A stretch of 64,000 nucleotides of DNA, taken from the NCBI GenBank assembly GCA_900088475.1, contig FLMG01001116.1, forward strand, positions 1-64,000. The letters run 5' to 3'. Positions 53,501 through 64,000 of the stretch are shown piece after piece (position 1 is the stretch's first letter; every line of letters begins with the position of its first letter). The stretch is from Hyphochytrium catenoides. Lineage: Eukaryota > Protista > Hyphochytriomycota. The position numbers were made by a program, and so were the translations under genes. A model generated the notes under the pieces. The model was not told where the DNA came from. It saw only the letters and a program-made list of their open reading frames with translations, and made no database searches.

Positions 53501-53692
53501 GACAGTCAGTGCATCCTCAAGAACTTTGGCGACTTGGTCTGTCTGTCCGCTGTTCAAGGCTTCCTTCAGCACGGTTGCAACCACCTCCTTCACCTCAGCC
53601 TGGGTCTGGGGATCCACCGCAGCAATGACATTAGGAAGGCTAGCGTGGCGACGGGAGGAACCCCCTGACGACACTGACATTCTGTGAAGCAT
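47575..53692 (-). CDS. Glycoside hydrolase family 63-like protein (YMR196W-type), many introns
   Basis: [123 protein letters not shown] and [13 protein letters not shown]. Confidence 0.92.
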
Positions 53693-54903
53693 TTCAGGGT
53701 AGGAGAGAGGACAATGGAGAAGAAACGAGTTAGACAAGAGAGTTCAAGTCCGGATTCAGGGCCAATCGGCCAAGATCTGACGGGCCTAGACAAGCGTTAG
53801 CCTATTCTTCCTGCTTGGACTCGGATGGGATGTAAGACAAGACAGGCAAACTATAGAATGAAGAAGCTGAGAGGGATGCCAACCTTGCACTGGCGCAGCA
53901 CGGAACTGTTGGCTCCGCGCTCCACTCTAGAATTGCTTCCTTTGTGTGCCGCTCCTGGGGGATGGAGCAACCAGTCCAAGAGAGACACAGCAGAGCAAAG
54001 GAAGGAACCGTGGATGAAGCACTGTTAGGGTTCCAAGGGGTCACAGTGTCATAATGGGCAACAGAAGGGGAGAGAGAGCGCGCGCGAGAGAGAAAGATGA
54101 GGTAGAGTAAGTAAAAGGTGAAAAGTAGCAACGAGGAGAGACAGAGGAGAAGTGAGGTCAGAATTCTTGCCCTTTCTTTTTCTAAAGCCTGTTCTTACCC
54201 TATGTACCGTTAAAAGATCTTGAGAATGATGAGTGGCAAGGCAAGTTTGCCTCCTTCCGCCTCTCTACGTCGCTCTTTCTTGACCGCTTTCAAGGAGGAA
54301 CTTCTCTCGTTTAGTCAGCAGTCCAGTCAGAGAATGAAGGAATGGCACTACTCTTGGTCATCAGAGTTCCCCACAATCCTGTGGAGAGAGGCGGTCTTGG
54401 TCTGCTCCTTTGCTGGCTGCTGCTGGTGCTGTCAGCAGAATCAGGGACAAAAGTCTCTGTCAGGCCCAGCAACCAGCTGCTGCGATAAGAGATGAGGAGG
54501 GGTCAAGGGGAAGCAAGAGATAAAGAATCGCGGACGGGAAAGAGAGGTGGAGAAGCAAAAATGCTGTGAGAATCATGAGACAGAGGGAAGCGCTAGATGA
54601 AAGGGAAAAGGTCATATGACCCTTGTGGCGGGGGAGACAGAGCGCCGCGAAAGATAAGAAGGCAAAGAGGCAAATCCAAAAGGTCAAGAAAAATCTTTTC
54701 TTTGTCCTTCACATGGTAATAACGGCACAATATAGTAATAGTGCCATTCCTTCTAGAGTTTGGTCGTTAAACCATAGTATTGCAGACGTAGTAAGAGGGA
54801 TGAGGCATGATGTGGATGTCTTTTGGTAGCTGCCATTGCTCGGGAGGTACAAAAGAGATCAAAATGGTGGCTAAAGACCATTTTCCTCTCTCTCTCCTCT
54901 TGA

Positions 54904-54921
54904 TCTCTCTCTCTCTCTCTC
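54904..54921. repeat. (TC)n microsatellite
   Basis: About 9 TC units, seen directly. Confidence 0.85.
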
Positions 54922-55955
54922 GCTCACTCGCTCTGGTCGTTTCCTTCCCCTTTCTCTCCTCCCGTCATTTTCCGCTCTCCCGATCTCTCTCGCCCCCCTA
55001 CTCTTATCTTCCCCTGTCTACATCCTAGAAGGAGAGAGACTCAGCACCGCGCTGACAGTCCAACAAACTCTGTGTCTCCTCTGTCCGCGTCAGCTCTAAG
55101 GACGTCACAAAAGACGAAATGAAAGACGTCATCTGTGAGCGTCAATCAACAAATAATTAGATTCATCTCTAATGATTGCCAACCTTTCCCCTGTCATCGG
55201 CTTATGCTCCCTTCCACCTTGTGCTGCATCTTGTGCTCTTTTTCTTTGCGCTCCTTAGGTGGAGCAGGTCAGATGGAGCACAAAGAGCTCATCCATCAAC
55301 CACAAACCCCGCACATACTACAAAGAGAGGAGAAACGCCCATCCTCCTTTCTTCGCCGTTTTTCCCCTTTGAATCTGAGCTTTCGAGTTTGCTCGTGGGT
55401 GATAGTTGGAGCCCGGTGTGTCTTTAGATTGGCTGATGGGAAATCTAGCAGCAGAGGACTTTCGGCTATGCCTCCCGTCGGGCTCGCTTTGCACCAGCAC
55501 CTTATAACACGGTTGCACATGAAACGATACATAGCACTATTAGCTTTACAGGGAGGATGACGTTGATGGTCGCGGAGCGTCCTAGTGCTGTTGACTCAAA
55601 TAGTATATTAACTTAACGCAAGGTATAAGGACTTATGATCTGATAGGCCTGTACACGTGCGTTCCTGATTCCTGATGTCCCTTCCCCTAGTTTCTCTTTG
55701 GGGTTGTTGGTCGTCGTTCCTGAAACCTGCTTGCATGACCCATCTGCGAGCTTTATTATCCAATGTCCTATATATGACGTTATTATGCCTGCATAGAGCA
55801 ACGGCTCCCTCTAGAGCCATAGGAAAAAAGTAATAACCTAATCAAATGGGAGAAGAGGGAGATCCATAAATAATAATAGGTATAGTGCGTATTCCTTCTC
55901 TGCTAATAGAAAGGGAGGAGCAAGGGCTTTGATATTTGACCTACTTGTACTAGTC

Positions 55956-58900
55956 CTACATCAGTTCGCTGAGATAGTCAAAAAAGTCTCCTTCATATCT
56001 CGTACATTTGGTCCGATGCACCTTCCAAATGGTGGGCATGCTAGCCAAGAGTGTCCGGGAGTGCGACACCACTATTACCGTGCCAGGGAACTCTGCCAGC
56101 GCACCGACTAGGGCATCGACGGAGTCGAAGTCTAAGTGGTTTGTCACCTCATCCAGCAGCAGGATATGGGGGTTCTGCATCGTCAGGAGAGTGAGTGAGA
56201 CCCGTGCCTTCTGGCCCCCACTAAGAGAGGACATGGGCTTGATAGCCAGAGAGGCAGGGATACCGAAGGATCCAAGCCTTCCTCTTAGGTCTTGCTCTTT
56301 CTCCAAAGGAAAGAGGGATTTTAGGAAGGCCAATGGAGAAAGGGATAGGTCGAGGGTATCAACATCATGCTGCAGGGTAGTCGTAGGGAGAGAAGGGTCC
56401 AGTCGTGAGTCGTGAGGGATATTAACAATGGATAGGTACAGGACCATCGGTGTAAGAAAGTCTGGGTAGGAGACAAGAAAAGAGGATGACGAATGAAGGG
56501 AAAGAAGGAAAGGAACGGGACGGCGTACCAAAAGCCCCTTCAAAGGGGAAGCTGTGGCGAGAAGAGAGATAGAAAGGATAAGCAAGTAAGACACTACCAG
56601 AAGCAGACGCGTTACAGCATATATAAGATATTGACCTCTGTTTTACCTGTGTGAAGTGTGCGACCTTTGCCTTGTGATGTAGCCATACTTCCCCAGTTTG
56701 AGGCTTGATCTTTTGCCCCACCAGGCTCAGCGAGGTGGTCTTTCCAGAGCCATTGAGACCCACAATGGCGATCTTTTCTCCTAAGGACAAGAATCAATGC
56801 CCGAAGAAACCACTATTTGAGTTGAGGTCTAAGGCAACCAGATAGAAGAGTCCGAGACGCAAACGCCAAAGGACAGTAACAGAAGGCCCAGATATAGACT
56901 TTTAGACTACAGATGAAAGACGACCCAGGGCAACGCTGGAGTGTGGACGCACGGGGAAGAAAGCTCCAAATGAGAGATGAGAATCAACCTACTGATAAAC
57001 TAATTGGAAACAATAGGGGCAACTGCAGGTGCAAGCTCTAGGGCGGAAAGTTGATAATAAGAGACCAGCACGTGCCTACCAAATTCAACATTCATAGTGA
57101 CATCCTTCAAGATACATTTGTCGCCGTAGGCAAACGTTGCATTTCGAACCTGCAGGTGGGAAGAGTAAGTATTTGGCAAGCCTTACAGGGTGATACGACC
57201 GCTGTGGCGGCCACTGCAGACTCGGTGGCCATAAAAGTCAACCAGGCAAAGGGGCCAACTGTAATGTTAGCCGAAAGCCAAAGAGATTTAAGCATCAGCA
57301 ACCTTTTGCCACAGCAGAAGGAGCCCAAGAGATAGAAGGGGACCAGCATCGTCGTACCGCATACCTGAAGAATGGAGGTGCCGCTTCCGATTGGCTCAGG
57401 ACAGGGAAAAATGAACCTGATCTCCGGATCTCTTGACATGGCCAGTGACCTACTCAAACACATCCATCTATTGGTAAGAGCGGGGAGGGGGATCACCATA
57501 CCCGTGGTTGAGCTTTCCTACCTTGCCTGCATCGTCCCGCCCTTACCCCAGCCCATGGCATTCTCGTTCACGGAGCCAATACGAGGGACGCACTAGAGGG
57601 CGGAGGGATGTTAGACAAGAGCGCACAGAACATCCACCAAGTGGACAAGAAAGATGTTTTATGGTTGTGGGTTGCAACTTACCGTCTGCGTAGATTCACA
57701 GGGGGGCGCGCGCCCAGGCAAGTGACAGTCATCGACAACAGCATCGCGAGAAAGCAGACATCCGTGAGCAGTTAGTCATCGCCAGAACAGACTTCCATAT
57801 GTGAACACGGACTTACATTCTGGACTTTAAAGCGGTGCCCATGCTCATCCTTTTCCATACCCATCCTTCCTAATTTCTTTCTTCGAGAGGCCACCTTCAA
57901 CATAAAGAGCTTTCTTAGTCTCTGTTTTCTAACCCTGCAACTCAATCTTCTGTTGTTCTCCCGTCTTCCCCCTTCTTTATCACGCTCTCTCTCTCTTTGT
58001 CTTCCATGGGCCTGACACTGGTGTTAAGCTATGGGTACCTGTCCTCCTCTTTTCTCATCTTTCACGTTTCCCAGCATAGACTTCTGCATGTTTTTTATAC
58101 TCTGCTCAATATGTGCTCTTTTCTTGTCTAGATTGGCTTGAGTACTAGCAAGGAACTTCGACTTGTTCTCAAGCTGCTCTTCATACTCAGATAGCGTTCC
58201 TACGACATGCAAAGCGCTGCTTAGAGGTCCGCGATACAGCTTTCTTGCCACCCGAAAGAGGCAAATTAGTTGACCGATGCATCTTTTCAGCGATGAACTT
58301 CACAGAAGGTGGGAGATGTTACAGACGATAGCAGATGCATAACCAAATCCTTCGTCTCACCACTGTAGTATGTAAGGGTCCCCTCTCTGAACGTGATAAT
58401 ATCTGTGCACGTATTCTCCAGAAATTCTCGATCGTGGGAGATAATTAGGACAGTTGATTCCAGGCTCTGAAGATAGTCCTCCAGCCATAGGACAGCTTTC
58501 AAATCTGAAGCGAGCCGCATGAAGTCATAAAAGTGTCTAGACAGCCTAAGGACCCAATTGTGCGAGGGAAATGATACCAGAGTATGCGGTTCATTGCCTC
58601 TTGAGCTAACGAGGAAAGGCATCAAGGAAGGAAGCGAGTACAACAGAGAGATAGAAAAGGAAAAGATAAGGAGCGTACCTAGATGGTTGGTGGGTTCATC
58701 CAAAATGAGAAAGTCTGGTTTTATAAAGAGGGTCGTGGCAAGGGCCAAGCGCATTCTCCAGCCACCTGTGTAGTCAAGCAAGCCGAAGTCAAGGCATTAG
58801 ACGTGGGGACTCTGTATGAGATGGTTTGGGCAGTTCAGGTCGTGGTGGCCAGGAGGCCAACAGCACGAGGAGGAGTAGAGTGTCTGCGCAGCCTGACCAG

Positions 58901-60498
58901 ATAATTCCTTTGTCTTCTTCGCAAGGTTGAGCTTCCTAAACCCGAGACCATGAAGAATGTCCAGTGCTCTCTTTTCAGCTGTTGCGGCTTCCAAAAACTC
59001 TAGCTCTTCATAAACAGAGTGCAGCAGCTTCTCCAGCTGCTCTGGGGTCCCTGAAACAGTTCGAAGTAGCATCAAAGATCACAGCAAGGGTTACGGTCAG
59101 AGTAGAACGCGAGATACTATAGATTGAGAGTGGCACTGACAATCATCGCTGCCACCCCGCTTCTCGAAGTCGCCCTGTTCCAGAATATCTCGGAGTTGTA
59201 CTAGCTGCGTGAGGCGCTTGTGTCCAGCAACCACTGCCTCAACCGCTGCAGGTATCAAATTGAAGTTGACGAGCCATAAGATACATTTAAATGTGAGAAC
59301 AGGATAATTGAGAACAGGACATAAATCTAAACTAGCAGTGACCCGCAAGGCAGCTAGAAGGCAGCCGGAAAATTTTTGGCTAGGTAGAAAGAATCAGAGG
59401 AAGTACTAACGAGATTTATCATCGCCGACCGCTTCCTGCTCGACCAGTAGCACAGAGACATCACGAGGAAAGCCGGGGAGGTTTCCTGAAGCTATCCTTC
59501 GTGCCAGGGTAGTCTTTCCCACACCCTACAGATCAATAAAAAGACCAATGGGCGATAAAGTCATGCCATGAGAACCCTTTACAGGCATACAAGGTGCGAG
59601 AAGATATATCTATGCCTGTTGTTCCCCGCCTGGTCGTTTACAATCTTTCTGTGCTTTCTCCTGAGCATAGTTCTACGTCTTCCCAGATCAAGTTCCGTTG
59701 TGCGCGATAACTTACATTTCGTCCTAGTAATCCGTACCGATGCTGGTGTATGAACCGAAGCGTGGTTCTATTGAGTAACACTTGGTTATTGTAGGCTAAC
59801 GTCACTCCTTCCACTACGATATCTCTTCTTCCTTCCGTCACAAGTCGGACTCCTCTCCCTACATGTACCTCCTCAGGTCCCAAGACAATCACGAGGATGC
59901 ATTACAAGCTCTGTCTCTTACCTCCAAATGCTCTTCCGCCCCATTTCCGAGAGGTTGCCTTGGCCTCTTTCCAGGCGCTTGACCTTCACGCCAAAAACTT
60001 TGTTTCAGTATATAAAAAGAGTGGCAGGAGAGCACATAAACAAAGACTTCGGGGCAGGAAGAGGCGTAGCCTCGACGAGTGGAAGGGAAGCGTAATCAAC
60101 ACGGAGAAGGGTGGTGATGAGGAGTGACTGGAAGAGTAACGGCCAGCCATACGCATGAGCGAGTGGCCCCGTGGAAGCTGCTTGGGAAGGATCGTCAAGG
60201 AAAAGACTTGGTACCAGTCATCCAGTTCATCTAGCTCTTGATCTCGAGAGTCCTCCACCAGACCACATTGCATTAAGGCCTTCGCAATCACATCCACCTC
60301 TTCCGTCACACTCTGATCCCCCAGCATACATTCAGAATCAGCTCCCTTGCTGCCGTTCACAGGGGAGTAAGTGGCATCAGGTCCGTCGGCTTCTCTCCCT
60401 GAACCGTCTCCACCTGTTCCCTTCTTGGTCTCATCATCTGGAGCTCGTTTTGGAGCATTTCGTGACTTTCTCCTTGCATTTTTCGACACAGGCGGCAT
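55956..60498 (-). CDS. ABCF-family ATPase (GCN20/ABCF3-like), two ABC cassettes and no TM domain
   Basis: [71 protein letters not shown] and VVSH. Likely start [11 protein letters not shown] at 60498. Confidence 0.93.
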
Positions 60499-61639
60499 CT
60501 TGGCAGCAGCTGCATAAATGCGCCAGGTGGTAAGTACGATTACTTTTAAAAGAGGAGCTAACCCGACGAAACTCCTACAATAACTATTGCAATCAGCCCT
60601 ATACACATGGGTGCTCCACTTACTTTAGCTCCGCAAGGTTCAACGGCAAAACTCCACCAAAGCAGAGAGTGACGATGATGAGTTGGTGGTCGGCTATTCT
60701 TTACGTGGCCTGTTGTTCTGTTTGGCTCGCTTTTTCTCCCTTCTGTGTCCGCTGTCCTCTTCTCTTCTCGTCCTCGCGGAAGAATACTATCTGTCCTCAG
60801 TACCCTAATGCAAGCGTTGTGTTGCTTCTCACTCTCTTCTCCTCCCTCCTCTTCGCCCACGCGCCTTCTATTTCCCTTTCGTTTCTGCAATCACAACTTC
60901 TGCGGCTTCTTGCTTTGCTTTACCTAGCTTCTGTCGGTGGCCGTAGATGCCCTAACCTCCTTCACTCTCAATAATTGCTCCTTGCTGCTGCTGCTGCTGG
61001 CTGCTTCGGGCTGCTGCTGCTAGCTGCTGTATGATGAGCGGAGGATAGCACAAGACCTTCGAAGAAACGGTCTGTGAGAGAGAGAAGAGTTGCGGTTTGT
61101 GGGAGATGGCGAGAAAGAGGGAGCAAGAGAGGAATGCACATGAGGGAGAGAGAACCGAAACCGGGGGAGACAGAGAGGGCTAGAAAGAGCAAGAACTTGT
61201 ACGAATCTGTCGAGACAGTGTGGGTCAGCTATCTTGTCGTACTGTAGCTCCTGAATGATTGATTTCTTTCGTCAGGATGGGGAGGAAGTGGCTGGGTTCT
61301 GTGCAAAAGAATGGGGTGATGGGGTGATGGGGGACGAAGGAAGATTTTTCTAAGAAAAAGTGAGGCTGGAGGTGGAGAGAAGCACTGCAGAGCTCCCCTT
61401 GGATATGACGACATGATCCCCCTCCTTCAGCCCTTTCTTGAGATAATAAGAAGTTTGAAGATTCTATTTTTTAAATGCGTGGACTTGTATCGGTCTCTTG
61501 TCCGCCTCTTCGTTCTTCTTATTTCATCAGTACCAATAAGGCCTTATTTCCTAGTGAGTAGCAGCCGCTTCACGATATCATAAAGTTCTTCGATCGCCAA
61601 GCTTGAACTTTCCATGCCTCTTAATGCTTAAGTCAGATG

Positions 61640-63440
61640 CTTCGTTTTCACGACACCTGCTGCTGCCCGAAAGACCGAGGTTTCTTGTTATACATCGATG
61701 ATTATGATGAACTAGTATTAATAATAGCTACTCCTACTATTTTTATGTTGCTATTGCTGCCACATATGCGATGGAGATGCAAAAGTGACCTCCTCTGGAT
61801 GATGCTTAGAAGAGAATTATATCAATACCTTGCTCTTCTTTTTGTGGAAATGGCTTTTTTGTGTCTTCAATCCTCCGAAAATAAGGTTATCGTGAGGTTT
61901 CCTCATCAGGATTCGTGGAAGGGTGCCCGTCATTGCGCCTCGACCAGCCCCTGTAATAGAGACTCTTCCGAGGGATAATGCGGGCTTTGGGAGGGGCGGC
62001 GATGAATAAAGTAAATTGGGGATCACTTGTAGAAGAAGGACCACGACAAGAGCAGGCCTCGGTGGCGGCTAAAAAAAGAGGAACATCACTTCGAACTCTT
62101 GACGAACTTTTCTCGTCTGTTGCCTTGTTTGCTGAACTCGCAACTGGTAATATAGACCTTGTTTTGCTAAAGTGTGTCCGAGCTTGACACCTTCTCTTCC
62201 TATCGACCCTTAAAAATGGTCTCTTGCAAATCTCGAAAAGCTCTCTGTCTCCAAGCGTTGGACCAATCATTACCTCCGCTTCTCGTTCTTCTTTGTCTTG
62301 GCACTTTCAGATTATTATATCTTGTAACAAACTCCCTGGCATATCTACATCGTGGCAGTTCTTTGTCACAACGAGTAGACTTTCCTCGTAAGAAAGTCAT
62401 GGTTCCTGCTAGGTGCAACGTGCTTGTATAGTAAGTCGGAACTAGACTACATCAACGCGAGTAGTCCAGGTTATCCTGGTAGTCCTAAGAACGATTTGTC
62501 GCAGGCTCGTGGCTGACTGTTGAGTCTATGTTTTGCGTCCTCAATGATAATTGGCAGCCTGCCCCTCTCGAAGCGACACAGCTTTCTCAACTCTGTCGAA
62601 CAATAGGGAGATACGGTTGACAAAGAAGTGGCTCGCTATTTCTCCCTTCGCAGATCGCGGGCTGATTGCAGCCTCTATGGCTGGGATTTAAAAGCTGGTG
62701 ACTGGTGACTCGATGGTCTTCAGTAGTCAGATCTCTTGGTCAGCATCATCATCCATTCACAGAGCTTCACACAGAGCAACAACAGTGTTGACGCTGTGCT
62801 GACTTTATTAGGCGAATGCCGCGAGAAAGGCGGCGGGATCAGGCTACTACACTCCAAGCTCCACTTTGTCAGACCACAGCTCGTACATTTGCAAGGCAAA
62901 CTCCGTGCTAATTTAGAACATAGCATTTGGAAAGCCTTCCAATCCTAAACTCCCATATATTTTGTTCCCGCATATTGATAGACCCACCCAAGTGACAAGC
63001 CAGTTCATTTCTGAATGCTGATTGGCCATGGCTCCTCATCTTTGGTCTCGGATTGGCCATGAGGGAAGGGCTTTAGGTTTCCCACAGCCCCCAGCGTGCC
63101 TTCTTACTCATACAACTCTCAAACCCTTCAGTTCTATACTTGTTGAACATGTCCGCATCTTCACACCACCACAGCTTCCTCGTGCGACAATTTATGGAAG
63201 ACACGAACTTAAAATCGCCATGGTAAAACAGGAGGCCTGCTCTGCTAACGCTTTGTATCTGTAAATAGCAAGGTACCAGTTCCCTACCAGTCCCCATCGC
63301 AAAGTATAAGCCGCCTATTAGTGGACGGCTCGGATCTTCTGCGTATCCTCTGGAGCAAGGATCAAGGATGAGCTGTGGGAGCATAACGGTCTCAGTGTGT
63401 ATCCTTGCTCCTTGCTCTGCCTCGCAGTCCTGCGACACAA
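61640..63440 (-). pseudogene. Possible decayed KDZ (Kyakuja-Dileera-Zisupton)-like transposase relic
   Basis: Broken frames carry, in the expected order, NCRTRKLWWCEDADMFN, WKAFQML...CKCTSCG, LYYRGW..R, F-C/LHRICG (~61760) and VHHNHRC (~61700). These resemble the recalled CxC/KDZ motifs CxxCG, CxHGICxG and FHxxNHxC. Many stops and frameshifts. Confidence 0.3.
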
Positions 63441-64000
63441 CAGGGCAGGTCGAGAGGATGATGGACCGGCGAGCTCTTTGTTCTTTATAAATTGCCGCTC
63501 TCCATCCTCCATCAGTCTTCTCTCGCCCACTTTGGTCCCTTCTAGATCTGGCTGTCTCTCTGCTGGTACCCTAAGGCAAGGTGTTCTTACTGACGCATTG
63601 CTTCACGTCTTTGTAGTTCCCTCCTCGGTCTCCCGCCTATCCTTCGGTCCAACCCCTCTCATTCATCTTCTCCCCTCCTGCCGCACCTTGCTTTGCTTTT
63701 CGTAGCGGCGGGGACTTCAAGCTTTTTTCGCGCCTTCTCAGGAGCAACGGCTTTTTATGAAGCTTCTCTCTTCCGCAAGTGCAGAGACTGTGTAATCGGC
63801 CAAGGGCATATTACTTAGATCTTCGTTAGAGCAATCTCCATCTTCTTCAGAGCTTAATCTATCTGCGAATCAAGCTCCACCAGTCAACAATGTTGGAGGT
63901 CATGCAGTCTGTCTGCAAGTGGTGCACCATCCGAATTGGCTTCGGCATCGCCGCGATACTCCTGGGAGCCGTCATGGCCATCGTTTGGCCTGCGACGATG

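Overview
Intron-rich eukaryotic nuclear DNA, probably a stramenopile close to the oomycetes. This is inferred from the RRGKWT...CxPMRxSKK protein family and the Cys-rich surface proteins. About 0.2-4.4 kb is a decayed Ty1/copia retrotransposon on the minus strand. Spliced genes follow, in order: a putative stramenopile DNA-binding protein, two Cys-rich single-pass surface proteins, a C5orf34-like protein, a stand-alone histidine phosphotransfer (Hpt) protein, DBP2/p68 helicase with a 993-nt structured intron, a hypothetical coiled-coil protein, RNase H2 subunit C, an RMDN-family TPR protein, PSMD5, the fusion gene below, ecdysoneless, a GH63/YMR196W-like hydrolase and an ABCF ATPase. A possible KDZ-type transposase relic lies at the right end. 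The main finding is a 10-exon gene at 40055-43572 (+). By manual splicing it encodes one 643-aa protein: an organelle-targeting-like leader, an acetolactate synthase regulatory subunit (ACT plus C-terminal domain), a linker, and a zeta-toxin-family P-loop kinase. All gene models come from reading GT-AG sites by eye and recalling motifs; no database searches were run.
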